Positions 1-12,820 of a DNA stretch of 64,000 nucleotides are shown in pieces. The stretch is from Podarcis bocagei (taxonomy: Eukaryota): the NCBI GenBank assembly GCA_964188305.1, contig OZ076885.1; one strand, given 5' to 3'. The position numbers and the translations under genes were made by a program. Below the pieces are notes generated by a model. The model was given only the letters and a program-made list of their open reading frames with translations, searched no databases and was not told the DNA's origin. Position 1 is the first letter of the stretch, and every line of letters starts with the position of its first letter.

Positions 1-1121
1 ACGCTTCGCTCCCGCCCGCCAGCATTTTAAGATCACCCGGGGCAGCAGAGACTTCTCGCCCAAAGCAAGGGGAGCTCTCCGAAGGGCTCCCCGTGCTTCG
101 GGCGACAGGCTGCCGCCCCAAGCCTCGCGCACCCGGCAGGACCTCCTGCTGGGCGCGCGAGGCTTGCAGACACTCGCCCAAAGCAAGGGGAGCTCTCCGA
201 AGGGCTCCCCGTACTTCGGGTGACAGGCTGCCGCCCCAAGCCTCGCGCACCCGGCGGGACCTCCTGCCGGGCGCGCGAGGCTTGCAGACACTCGCCCAAA
301 GCAAGGGGAGCTCTCCGAAGGGCTCCCCGTACTTCGGGTGACAGGCTGCCGCCCCAAGCCTCGCGCACCCGGCGGGACCTCCTGCCGGGCGCGCGAGGCT
401 TGCAGACACTCGCCCAAAGCAAGGGGAGCTCTCCGAAGGGCTCCCCGTGCTTCGGGTGACAGGCTGCCACCCCAAGCCTCGCGCACCCGGCGGGACCTCC
501 TGCCGGGCACGCGAGGCTTGCAGACACTCGCCCAAAGCAAGGGGAGCTCTCCGAAGGGCTCCCCGTGCTTCGGGTGACAGGCTGCCGCCCCAAGCCTCGC
601 GCACCCGGCGGGACCTCCTGCCGGGCGCGCGAAGCTTGCAGACACTCGCCCAAAGATTTTAAAATGCTGGGGGTCGGGAGCGAAGCGTTCGCTGCCGACC
701 CCCAGCATTTTAAGATCGCCCGGGACAGCAGAGACTTCTCTGCTGTCCCGGGGAGATTTTAAAATGCTGGGGGTCGGCAGCGAACGCTTCGCTCCCGCCC
801 GCCAGCATTTTAAGATCGCCCGGGGCAGCGGAGAAGTCTCCGCTGTCCCGGGAAGGCAGGCGGGGGGGAGCAAAGACTTTTGCCCCCCGCCGGCCTTCAG
901 AAGAGGTCCAGGACCTCTTCTGAAGGCCGGCTGTGGGCGAAAGTCTTTGCTCCCGACCGCCAGCAATTTAAAACAGGTCCCCAGGGATTTCCCTATGGGC
1001 TTTCGTCTTGCGAAGCAAGCCCATAGGGAAATTCGTCTTGCGAAGCGCCTCCAAAACAGAAAACCCTTTCGTCTTGCAGGTTTTCCGTCTTGCGAGGCAT
1101 TCGTCTTGTGGGGTACCACTG
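1..1121. mobile_element. Non-autonomous Tc1/mariner (Tigger-like) DNA transposon, left end outside the window, with internal tandem and palindromic repeats
   Basis: Right terminus ...CGTCTTGTGGGGTACCACTG (to 1121) matches the CAGTGGTACC-type TIR of the MITEs at 1223 and 34366. Subterminal TTCGTCTTGCGA-like repeats at ~1002-1110. Lies in a GTF2H1 intron. Confidence 0.65.
56..655. repeat. GC-rich 118-bp minisatellite, ~5 copies, each with two internal hairpins
   Basis: Unit CTCGCCCAAAGCAAGGGGAGCTCTCCGAAGGGCTCCCC...GCTTGCAGACA recurs at 56, 174, 292, 410 and 528, with a partial copy at 646. Confidence 0.95.
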
Positions 1122-1222
1122 TGTATAAAAAAACCAAATGCAGGAGAACACTTGAGGAAGGGGAGAGAATAGAAAGCAGAGGTAAATGGGGAGAGAATGT
1201 GCGATTATTTCAGCTGTATATA

Positions 1223-1442
1223 CAGTGGTACCTTGGGATTCTGGAGCGCCGTTCACATCCTGAATAGAACGTAAGACGTGACTGCGCATACGCGGGTCGC
1301 ATTTTGCCGCTTCTGTGCATGCACGTGATGTCATTTTGAGCGTCTGCACATGCACGAGCGGCGAAACCCGAAAGTAACGAGCTCAACGGAGCGCAACCCG
1401 AAAGCGCTCAACCTGAAGCACATTCAACCCGAGGTATGACTG
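1223..1442. mobile_element. mariner/Tigger-like MITE
   Basis: Imperfect TIRs CAGTGGTACCTTGGG / CCCGAGGTATGACTG, flanked by TA on both sides (1221-1222, 1443-1444). Confidence 0.75.
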
Positions 1443-2478
1443 TACTTAGTTACAGTCTGGCATGGAACCCTGTTAAGCTATCAGTTTTTGCAAGTGGTTC
1501 TTCCATGTGAATGCTTCCCAACCAGCAACAGTTCTTGCATGTTCACTACAGCCCTCCACTGTAAGTCTACAGAGTTGTAACATGTAAGGTATTAAATCAC
1601 TTCTAGGATAAACTCAGGACTCCGTTGGAGAGGATTAAACATGGGACATCCACAGAAAATATATATGGGTGGATTCAACTTGGTTGTTTCATGCATGGAA
1701 CAAGGTTTGCTTGTGAAATGGGACTTTGCCCCCACCCCATACACTTCCTAAATCGACTCTGGAGGGTTGGCGGCAAAGTCCTATTGCATGAGTGGCCTTG
1801 TTCTCCATGCACATACCCCACTTACCACTATGCTGAATTCCACTCTCTGTTCAGAAGGCCTTTGGAGTACACTTAGTGTTGTTTCATTCACTCAAATAAT
1901 CAATACTGTATTGGGATATATGAAGAAGACAGTTTTGAGTTTAAAGGAACCAGGCCATTTTGATACATGATTGCATAACCTAACTGCCTTAGCACATTAA
2001 CCGCTCAATTATGAAACAGCATAGTGCTTTGCTCGTTCATTTTGCTATTTTTTTGAGCTCTCCGTCTGCACACCTTGCAGTTGAGCAGCAGGAAGTGAAA
2101 ACGTGCCTCTTCTTGTACTGCACTTTCAGACATTAGATGTGAACAGATTGTTCTTGCTGTTGGTTTGGTGTTTTTTCTCCCTTATTCTGACAGCCAGCTT
2201 GATTTTTCTGCTTCTGCTATTAGGCTTAACTATGTACTGTACTGTAAAGCACTGTAAAGAATGATTATGGCTGAGTTATATAAATATAATAAATATCCAC
2301 TTGGGATATAACAAGAATTGTCATTCTTAATATAACACCAAATAATAATTGTATTTTAGAACAAAATTAATATGGCATATAACTATATGGTTAAGCCCAT
2401 ATGACTCAAACAATATCCATAGGTTTTGAGGAGTTCTTTTATTATGGTGTCTGACCTTTATTTTGCCTCTTTTTCAAG

Positions 2479-2569
2479 GTTATCTCAAGTGGTGCTGCAA
2501 GTAGTACAATCGCAGCTCTGTCACCTGGAGGAGCACTTATGCAGGGTGGAACACAGCAAGCCATAAATC
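2479..2569 (+). CDS. GTF2H1: TFIIH p62 subunit, internal coding exon ([30 protein letters not shown])
   Basis: AG/GT boundaries; translation matches the vertebrate GTF2H1 C-terminal region; phase is consistent with the next exon. Confidence 0.95.
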
Positions 2570-2929
2570 GTAAGTATTTTATGTCTTCGTCACTCATGCC
2601 TTATCAAATGTGTGAAATGCTCATGTAAGCATTATAGGACAATTCTTTTAGCTAAGGTGAAGAGATTGAAAATATCTGACTAGTTGTACAACCCTGGCTG
2701 TGGCAAGAGTTCTTTTTCCACCCAACTCAGGCCAGTTGAATAGTTTTCAGTGAGGGACAGTGGACCTGCTGAAAACGTTTGCTGACCCCTGGCCTAGTCC
2801 TTAACTGTGTGGGATCCTCTAATGATGCTAATATCAAAAACACAATTTTCTTCCCACTGCCAACTATCAGAGTTTGTGAGCCGAGGTGATAGTATAAATG
2901 TGACTTGCCCTCATTGTTTTTGACTGCAG

Positions 2930-3045
2930 AGATGGTGCCAAATGATGTTCAGGCTGAGCTGAAACACTTGTATGTGGCACTAGGAGAGCTGTTACGACAT
3001 TTTTGGTCCTGCTTTCCGGTTAACACACCATTCCTAGAAGAGAAG
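2930..3045 (+). CDS. GTF2H1: GTF2H1 coding exon ([39 protein letters not shown])
   Basis: tgcag| acceptor, |gtagg donor; recognisable p62 sequence. Confidence 0.96.
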
Positions 3046-3889
3046 GTAGGAAGGATCTATAGAAGGGCTTGGCTTATCCCTATTATTATTGATATGCAGC
3101 AGTCTGTTCTGTAATGAAATGTGCATGCTGAGATGTGTTGATATGAAAGCTTTCTATAATGAATGGCCTGCTGCATGCAACAATTCTGTCCCAGATGAAC
3201 AGCAGTGTGTGGAATGTCAGTTCGCTATTGGAGCAAATGTAGTACCAGCTGACCTTGCTACCTAATCCAGTGGTTTTTTCAAATAATTTCGAAAGAGATG
3301 ATTTTTGTCTTCAGGGACTTTAAAAGAAACTTTGAAAATTAATAAGTGCAGGAACGAAAGTTTTGCGCTGCATATGTGTTCTGTATTTTAATCAGCCATA
3401 CTATAGAAAGTTTAAAGTATAACAACTTTAAAGAAACTTCCACATGCTAAAACAAGTGTGTAGTCTGTTTTCCCATTCAATCAGAAGTTTTAGGGTTCTA
3501 TTTAAATGTGTCTCTGCTAACACACGGTTTTTTTATCCAGTGGAAGATTCTATAAATGGAAAGTGTGAGGTGGAAGTAATTTTCACAGATATTTTCCCCC
3601 TTCCATCTGTCTGACCTACACGTGACCTCCCCCCATCTGTTTCAGAGTTGGGGGCCCTTTTTTGGAATAGTGTAGCATGTAGCATAGGGAGCTGCAAAAG
3701 AACCCCCCCCCTCCATTTCCCCACTTGCAGAATGCTCCAATGGATTAGAGTTATTTCAGCAGCGGAGCACAATTGGATACAAGCATTAGGGTGAAATCCA
3801 ACAGTGGAAATCTACCAGTGGAACTGATAAGTTTGAAAAAGCAAAATAGCTTCCTTTAAATGTTTGTTCTCTGATATTTTCTCTTTCAG

Positions 3890-3982
3890 GTTGTGAAAAT
3901 GAGGAGTAATCTGGAAAGATTTCAAGTCACTAAACTGTGTCCATTCCAAGACAAAATTCGAAGACAGTATTTAAGCATAAAT
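3890..3982 (+). CDS. GTF2H1: GTF2H1 coding exon ([31 protein letters not shown])
   Basis: ctctttcag| acceptor, |gtaag donor; in-frame p62 sequence. Confidence 0.96.
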
Positions 3983-4785
3983 GTAAGAGGGAAAAGCAAC
4001 CTACGAATATGAAATATAAGGGTAGCATAATGCATTGTTCATATAAATTGCTGATTGCTAGAAAGAATGGCAAAATTGATTTGCCTTATATGAAACAGGT
4101 ACCGTTAACTTCAGAAATAAGGAGGCTTTCAGTTTTTTCTAGAGTGGCCAGTGAACACCGTGAAAGTATTTCCTGTAACCCAGCCCCCTTTCTTCTTAAA
4201 TGTCAACTTCAAAAATGACCACTATACCCACCTGTTCCTCCCATGTTGTAAAATGGACAGCATCTCAATCAACTCTTTAACAGCAGGGACTTCACATTAA
4301 CTGAAGGCACCTTGTGGTCACTATCCTGCTTCAGAGCTTTATCATGATCATGACTCAAGTGCCCAAACTCTTATTTTCCTATGGGTGGTCTTACTGAATC
4401 CATTGCCACGACCTGTGTAAGATAAGGCTAAAGGTGCTTTTTTGTGAGTTATTTAAACTTCCCTTCAAGTTGCTAGCTATATATTGCCAGTATGTACTAT
4501 TGTGCAATAGAGGACCAGTAAAAAAAAGTTCTGACTCATGAAATGAAGTCGTCTTGTTCACTGATCTGTGTGTGATTCTCCTTTTTTTTCACTCAGAGGA
4601 GATGAATACTTGGTGTTCTATACAACTCAGTTCTCCTCAGAGTAGACTTAATCAAAATTAACAGTCCAGACTTAAGTCACTTTCATTAACTTCATTGGTT
4701 CCACTCTTAATAGGACTAACATTGATTGTAGCCCTTGGCTTAGTAATATTTTTGTACTAATTTTTGCAAACCTTGTTTTTTTCAG

Positions 4786-4872
4786 CTGATAAATCACATA
4801 GAAGAAATGTTGCAAACAGCCTACAATAAATTCCACACATGGCAGTCTCGGCGTATGTTGAAGAAAACGTGA
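4786..4872 (+). CDS. GTF2H1: GTF2H1 last coding exon ([28 protein letters not shown])
   Basis: tttttcag| acceptor; TGA at 4870-4872; matches the p62 C-terminus; AATAAA at 5178-5183 and 5204-5209. Confidence 0.96.
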   Translation: MINHIEEMLQTAYNKFHTWQSRRMLKKT

Positions 4873-7800
4873 AGACCCAGTGATGCCAGATTTTTTGAGT
4901 GGGAAGCATTTGCAATAGCTGTAGGAATGCAGCTACCCAGTGGGGTATATCTTACAGACAATGCTGGAAAGTCAGCATCATACGGACTCCTGAAAACGAT
5001 GCTAACTGAACTTGCACACTTTCTGGAAAGAAACAAGAGGTCAAACTTGAAAACTAGGAAGTTAAAAGGAACCAAACCAGAAGAGCTAAGTGGCAAATAT
5101 CTATATAAATGTAAAGACACTGTTTACTGCAGTTACTCAGGAACTGCTTTTGATTTTCATAAAGAGCTGCTTTCAGAAATAAAAACTTTAAAAAGGGTGT
5201 ATTAATAAATCCAAGATTGTTTGTCTAGTTTTTTAAAAGTGTATGGTACAGGGTAGAACCTAAACAGTTATTTCTTCACTGTATCCTGGCATTATATTGA
5301 ATTCTGTTTGTATTTCTAGAAACAGGTTTAACATTTTAAATATTATTGAGAGACTTTTTTGCCTCAAATTCCTAAGCAGCTTAGATGCTAAAATAAAAAA
5401 GTTTTCGTTTTTTTGCCATGTTTTGCTACAAATCAACAGCCAATGCACTGATGAAGTTTGGTGTTTAAAGGAGGTACCTTTGGCAGAAAGAGTGCAAAGT
5501 TTTATGCAGGATTTTTACCAGCCATCGTTTACATGTTTTCTTTTTACCGCTAGAGTGTGCTGCTGCAGTTTTTTAAAGTCTGACTTTTGTTTGGAGGTGA
5601 AACAAAATCATTTTTAAAGTGAGTTTAAGAAGCTTACAGAAGTAATAACTTTTTATACTATTGAGGAAAAAAACAATCTTACATGTGCTTTTTTCAGTTC
5701 TCTCCTGATGACTGTTAGCGCTGTATCTGGCGACTAGATAATCATTGAAGAGTGAAAATACGATATCTTTAGCTATATGTGGAATCTGTTCCATATTATG
5801 GTCCAAACAGGAAGCATTTCACTCTTACCTAAGATGTACCTGCCATGTATTAAATACTTGACTTATAAAAACAAAAAGTAAACTTGTTTTATATAGTCCA
5901 TGGAGTCAGACTCCTTATATTTTGTTGTCTTAATGTCTTCCTCATTAGAAGTCTATTCTAGGACCAAGCAAATGGCTTTATGGCTTTGATTATGTGTGTG
6001 ATGAGATCTATTGAGATATTTTAGAAACCAGTGGTTTATGACCCCATAAACCATTATTTTTTAGTGGCAACTGTTGGAATTCATTGGTAAGTTAGAAACT
6101 TTATCCTATTTTCAGAACTGTTCATGCCCAGAAAGAATTATTAGTATTACTGATTTACAGTGTATTGGCATGAAGGATCGCTTCCCACCTTGAGCCAGGT
6201 CTATGAACTAGCAGTTTGAGAACCACAAGAATTTCTCCTCATGCAAGAGTATGTGCTTCTTTACATGCTCACACAGTGTTCTCCGGTGAATTGATATTCT
6301 GCAACAACCCAAACTTGATAAGCAGACCACTGTATCTATACTGAAATACTATGAAGTAGATGTAAGGCATTCTCCTTAAACTTGCCACTGCTTGCCTTTT
6401 CAGAGGGGCTGCATGTTATGTGTTGCAAAATGATTCTGCTTCTAAACGAAAAGGGGCTTTCTCTTTGATCGGACGCGGCGAAATGTGAAAAGCTGGAATT
6501 AATCATGAATAATAAAAGCTGTTGCTGCTGTGGTAATGTCAACTTACTGAAACATGGCTCTGGTAATACGTCAGTGTCTTTTGGGTGAGCCCCTCAAGCA
6601 AGCGTAATTCTGATGACTTTGTCGGCAGTGTACCAATGACACATACATATCTTCAAGTATCATCTGTGCAACAAAGAGCGTACTACAGGTGCCAGGCTGA
6701 AACAGCTTTTTGCATTGAGAAATGCTTTGGTCAGGCTCAAGTGCAGGATTCATGTGCACACATTCTACTTGATCCTGTTGCTGTGAAGGTATACATTTGC
6801 ACTGATATTTCTGAGCAATAATTAGCTGATACAGACCATAAAGGTGGGCTTCATCAAAACTTATTCAGGCAGATAACCAGATTGATGGTCATTTAACAAA
6901 ATATTTTTTCTGTCTTCTCTTCCTGGAATTTTAAAATTTCCATAGTTATGTCAGGCTTTGGGACAAAAAAGTCTGTAATTGCAGAAATATCCCCAAATAG
7001 AGATTTTAAACACCGTGAATGGTTTTTTCAATTCTTTGACTTGAGAAGTACCATGAGACTCTCCTACCAGAAGATGGCAATAGCACTATCATGCCTACAT
7101 CATGCCTACTTTCCTTACATAGCTCTTTTGTGCTCGTGCTGTTTGACCTTTGTTGATTCCAGTACTACTTAAGCATGGTCCAAAACAGATGAGTGGCATT
7201 AACTGTGAATTGATGTTTTGCTACCATGCAGTTATTGGAATCTGAAGATAGAACTTGTATTTAATGGAAACTCATGCAACTTGTATCACTGGCATTGATC
7301 CAAAATTGTAGAATAAATCTGAATTCTGTAGTCAAGTGGTTTTTCTATGCTTTAGGGTGTCTATCTTGTGACTTCTCTCAAATCAAGAGGAAATATCAAC
7401 TCGAGAATCTGATAATCATGCTTGTGTAACTGAGTATTTTAAAGGTTCCTTTGTTTTTGACACGCTGAACTGTAATTCATTTCAACATTTTACTTGCAAA
7501 TATTCTAGGCTGCTGCGGCTGTCCTTCAGTTGAAAGGAAAATATCCTTTCTATCTTTTAAATGGGAGCCTCAGCTGTGTGTCCAACTGCTGCTCAGGCAT
7601 TGCATGTTGGGTAATGGCACACATGCACATCAATGCTCACCCAACCACACAGTCTGCACATTCAGCAAGAGGTCTAGGAGATCAAAGAAGAGCAGAGAGT
7701 ACAGCTGTAGGAGGCTCTGGTTAGGCACACAAAGAACATTTTCAAGTGATGAATATAATGAAACAATTGAACAAATATTTTGTTTAAAAAACCATTTACA

Positions 7801-7972
7801 TTTTTACTTGCAAAAAATAGAATACCATACATTTTAATCAAATAATTTTTGAAAAGAAATGCAAAAGTGTGCGTGCAGCTCATAATGTCATTAAAATGTG
7901 ATGATTATGTATTTCCTAAATATAAGGAGTTCCATAAGTTTATTTTTTCCTGGGCTTTATTAATCTAATCCA

Positions 7973-8165
7973 GAGCCAGAGTGTGGGGTAGTGGTTAGAG
8001 CCCTGGAATAGGACATGGAAGACTAGCATTCAAATCCCCACTTGGCCATGGAACTCAGTGGATGACCTCAAGCCGGTAACTGCCTCTCAACATAACCTAC
8101 CTCGCAGACTTGTGGGGACTAAGTGAGGAGAAAGATAACCATGTTATGCCACCTTGTGCTCCTTG
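7973..8165 (+). mobile_element. Diverged tRNA-derived CORE/MIR-like SINE (Squam3-like)
   Basis: A-box-like GTGGGGTAGTGG, B-box-like CATTCAAATCCC, followed by a MIR-like core; related to the copy at 24590-24820. Confidence 0.55.
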
Positions 8166-8467
8166 GATGTAGTCAATCTGCCCCAGAGGGTTGATGGAAC
8201 CCTCAGGTTTGGGGAGGGGAAGTTGCATTGCACATAATGAAACCTTGCCCCAATTTTCTACTTTTGTGACTCAGGAGTTAAATTCTTCCTCCACTTGTAA
8301 GCTGATTGTGTGTTGTCCAGTCTACCACTATAGGGCTTAGGCTAGGAGTTCCTGCCCCACTTCATCACATCCTATGTTTGTTATTTGGGAAAAACAAATC
8401 AACGAGATCAGTGGCAAAGAGAAATTGCCTCTTTCCATGTTATGCAGTGCCTGTGGTTCAGTATAGT

Positions 8468-8809
8468 AAAAGGTAAAGGGACCCCTGATCATTAGGTCCA
8501 GTCGTGACCGACACTGGGGTTACAGCACTCATCTTGCTTTATTGGCCAAGGGAGCCGGCGTACAGCTTCCGGGCCATGTGGCCAGCATGAGTAAGCCACT
8601 TCTGGCGAACCAGAGCAGCGCACAGAAACGCCGTTTACCTTCCTGCCGGAGCAGTACCTGTTTATCTACTTGCACGTTGACGTGCTTTCGAACTGCTAGG
8701 AGCAGGGACCAAGCAACGGGAGCTCACCCTGTCGCGGGGATTTGAACCACCGACCTTCTGATCGGCAAGTCCTAGGCTCTGTGGTTTAACCCACAGCACC
8801 ACCCATACC
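8468..8809 (-). mobile_element. Sauria/Squam1-type SINE, full length
   Basis: (ACCTTT)n tail on the minus strand at the left end, tRNA-like head at the right end; closely similar to the copy at 63361-63710. Confidence 0.85.
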
Positions 8810-9758
8810 TCTAGTATGGGTGCTGTAATGGGGATCTACATTCCATGAGAAAAGGCCTAGGTTTATGCAGGATCGGACTGGCCTTGACATGTACTGGATT
8901 ATCCTCTGGGGCAGGAAGTTGGTTCCTACTGATGTTAATTAGGCAATAAGAGAAACGCAGTGGGCCTTAAAAGGTGGAGAATGCCTTACTGTGTTTGCAT
9001 AATCTGCCACATACTTGTGTCCAACCCCATCCTAGGTGGCAAATGGCCCATTAGAAGAGATTAGTGTCAAAGTTCAGCCCCTTAAATTGCCTAACAATAC
9101 CTGAATATTTGAGGCTTTGTTCATCCTGGTTCCCTGTTTCATTCTTAACTAAAGTGGAAAAACGAATTAGATGGCGACATTGCTAGCATTGGCACACACC
9201 AATTCTGGTCTCAGTGGGGCTGTGTTGCCTTTTGTTTTTCTGGGCTCTTGGTTGGTAAGCTGGCCTCAAAATCCAAGGAGAAAACTACCCTTTTGCAAAC
9301 TGGATTTTTATGGCTAGGAAGCCCAATGAATCATGCAAGAGAGATGACAATTTTACTTTTGACTTCTACCCAGCCCCAAACTTCCATGTAAAACTACTCA
9401 GTAAGCCTGTTGATCTGCTCCCCTTTCTTTCTCAGCCGCTCTGCACTGAGGCTGCTTCTGTAGTGGCTCCAGGAGTCTGAATAGTGTTTTTCTTTTCAGA
9501 GCAGTCTGGGTAATTCTGTAGCACAATTTGCTCCCTTGATTAATGTTATTACCAGGTCCTCCCTCTGGCAGAGAGACCACTTCACCTTAAGCAAACATTG
9601 TTAACAAGCCATTTACTCTGAGTCAGATACAATGAGGCAATTGAAACAAAGCAACAGTATGTCTGAGCTGAACTGTACAACCTTTCAACCTTCTGCTTAG
9701 TGAGTATACATTTTGCCACTGAGCTGCTACAACCCCTCTCCCTAATACAGTACTGTAC

Positions 9759-9893
9759 AGGCATCCCCAAGCTCGGCCCTCCAGATGTTTTGGGACTACA
9801 ATTCCCATCATCCCTGACCACTGGTCCTGTGAGCTAGGGATGATGGGAGTTGTAGTCCCAAAACATATAGAGGGTCGAGTTTGGGGGTGCCTG
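9759..9893. mobile_element. Palindromic short MITE (hAT-like)
   Basis: CAGGCATCCCCAA...TTGGGGGTGCCTG termini with internal inverted GGACTACAATTCCCATCATCCCT / AGGGATGATGGGAGTTGTAGTCC. Confidence 0.75.
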
Positions 9894-12283
9894 CCCTAAT
9901 ATATTCTTCGTTTGCCTCTGGCTTAAGCATCATGCACAGTGCAGCAGAAATAGTACATTCTGAGATTGCTGAAGCAATGAGCACCTTTAGATTCTCTACC
10001 TCATCACAGAGAATTGTAGAATTTGTAGAGCTGGAAGGGACCAGAAGGGTTATCTAGTCCAACCCCCTGCACTGCAGGAAGATTTCCCCAGCATGGGTTA
10101 GTAGAGTTTCATGCTCTACTAACCGAGCTATTCCAGCTGTCATAAAAAAGAGCAGTGGCAGATTGAGCAGTTATAACAGCAGTGTTGGTTGCCTTTGAAG
10201 AGTTTGACTAGTTAATCTGAAATCTGATGAAGCGAGCTCTGTGCCTTACCCAAAGCTGAATATAACATCCTGGTTATCTACCTGGGTGAACACATCTGGC
10301 ACATCCAGCAAAACAGACTGTCCTCTTTGCCATCTGTGGCTGTCATCTAAGGCAACCATCCTGGTCTCTTCTGTCTCCCCTCACTCCTTTGGATGCTTAG
10401 TTAATGGGTGCTGCTAAATTCCTATATGAAATGCAATAAAGGAAAGTTGAAAGTTGCTAGCTGGACTATACTGGAGAAATGTAAAATACATATTACTTTT
10501 TTAAACATTAATCTGAGTTAGCACAGGCAGTGGGAAGCTTCTCCTAAACTAGGCTGCCTGGTTCCCATGCCAATGTCCGAGTCCTAGTTCTCATAGAGAT
10601 GGTAATCCTGTGTTCCCTAGGCTGTGCATGACTGAATGAGCCTCCATGCAAAAAGAAATTTACATAACATCCTGAAGGCTATGCTAGAACCTTTCTCTCT
10701 GGCATCATTTAATAAAGTTGGCAGCAGCTAGCTGTCCATTTGGACCGTTGACTGTAATAGTAATTAGTTCTCTCTCTCCCCACCCCCAAGTCTTTGTTAT
10801 TTTTAATCAAAGATGAAATGTGGGCTTGTTACACATAGAACCATTAGTAAAGTCACTGGACCTACCAAAATTGCTCATTAGCAACAATTAATATTTTGTT
10901 TATAAGCAGCCAGCCCTGGAAGGAAGCAGTCTGAGCATTTCCCTAATTGAAGAAGTTACACTGCAGAACAGTTTAAGATGATTTTTAAGATTTTGCTGAC
11001 AATGGGGGTATGGTGATGTTCTGGGTAAGGCCAGTGTTCCTGCTCCCTCTTTGTGTTCAGTGTACACAGGGAGGGAAACACTGAAAAGGATAAACGAGTT
11101 AGGGAACTTGTTTCTACACCCCATCACTTGCAGATCCTAAAATGCCTGCATTGTTCTGACAGGTCCGTAATTTAACTTAGCACAAGTCAGTCTGAGAGAT
11201 ATGTTGGAAAAGTTTGTACCTATGCGTCAAAGAGAGAATTTCACTGTGAGCTTGCAAGCTGGCCTTTGGCAAGAAGTCCTAAACAATTTAAGTGGATAAT
11301 TGGATGAAAAGGCCATCAAACAAGTGCAATCGCTGGAACCTGTTACATGAGTTACTTTCCTAGTAAAGTTACACATCACACAGTTGCAAAGCCAGCCATT
11401 TCTAGATCTGCACATGTAAATTTCCCTTTCTCCTGTGAGAACTAGGGAGCTGGAGGAAGCCTTATAGGCCATCTATCTTGTTGCAGTATATCTAGAGATC
11501 GAGGGAGGGAGGGAGATGCATTCTGGTTTGGACATTTTTCTGGGATAAAGGAGGCAGACATTATTTCTATTTGACCAGCGTATTAAATCTATTGCTATAC
11601 TTTGTCAAGATCATGACTTAGTAGTACTTTCACTATTATAATAAAACCCTGTTGATTCTTCATTGGATTTTATTTTCTGGCATGAAATGGTTTTTTGCTA
11701 TGACCATTTGGTTTTAACATATATTTTAAAAACCGAAACGCCTGACTGTCAAGGCTGTAAGAGGTTCACTTTGCTGGCAGGATGCCAGCAAGTTTCTAAA
11801 TAATGCATGTGTTTCAACTGCATCAGTGATGTAACTATATTTGCCATGCAGTACAAAACAAGCCAGGCTCATGTGCTCTGCTCTGCAGCCACAGCCAGAA
11901 AGTGCTCTCAACTCTGAATGAACCAGTACAGGTACCTGGAGGCAAGGCAAAAGCAAACAACAATTGTGTCAGGCTGTAGTCCCATGTATGCTTACTTGGA
12001 GGTAAATCTCACTGAAGTCAGCTTGTCTTACTTCTTACACACAACTGAACTGCATGATCCACAACCAAAGCAGCAGGTAAATATTTCTTCAGAACCCTGG
12101 GGCAGTGTTTTAAAAAAAAAAAAAAATTCCAGGGCCTAGTCTTCAGAGACACACTGCCTCTAACACTGGAGATAAAACATAGCCGCTGTGGCTAGCAGTC
12201 ACTGATAGCCCTATCATCCAATATTTTATCTCATCCTTGGAAAGCTATCCAGATTGGTGGCCATCACTTTCCTTTGTCTATCT

Positions 12284-12419
12284 CAATGTTTCCCAAACTT
12301 GGGTCCCCAGCTGTTTTTGAACTACAATTCCCATCATCCCTGACCACTGGTCCTGCTAGCTAGGGATGGTGGGAGTTGTAGTCCAAAAACAGCTGGGGAC
12401 CCAAGTTTGGGAAACACTG
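12284..12419. mobile_element. Palindromic short MITE, same family as 9759
   Basis: TGTTTCCCAAACTTGGGTCCCCAGCTGTTTT ... AAAACAGCTGGGGACCCAAGTTTGGGAAACA inverted arms. Confidence 0.75.
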
Positions 12420-12695
12420 GCCGAATCTTCCAACATTCAGCATCAATGGATGGCTTTGGATTCCAGTATTATGAGAGGAAGGAAAACTGCTTGTCCACCT
12501 TCCTCACACTATGATAAATTTCTATTGGAGCTTCTAAAAGGAGGCTTTTCATTATTTGGTCTGGATGTGACCACTATTTTTACACAAATTTAGCACTTTC
12601 TCCCCCTTCATTTTGCCCTAACTTTCCAGCTCCTGCCAACATAGTGCTCCTTTTGTGAAACTGAGTACACATAATATTGTTAGCCAAGTGGAATA

Positions 12696-12820
12696 AAGGG
12701 TAAGGTAAAGGTAAAGAACCCCTGGATGGTTAAGTCCAGTCAAAGGCAACTATGGGGTGTGGTGCTCATCTTGCTTTTCAGGCCAAGGGAGCTGGCGTTT
12801 GTCCACAGACAGCTTTCTGG
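12696..12820 (-). mobile_element. Sauria SINE 3' fragment
   Basis: AAGGTAAAGGTAAAG tail plus sequence homologous to 8468-8570. Confidence 0.6.

Noticed and set aside
33-1355. ORFs up to 206 aa and a CRISPR-like periodicity
   Set aside because: Products of a GC-rich tandem repeat; units are near-identical with no unique spacers, and the context is eukaryotic.
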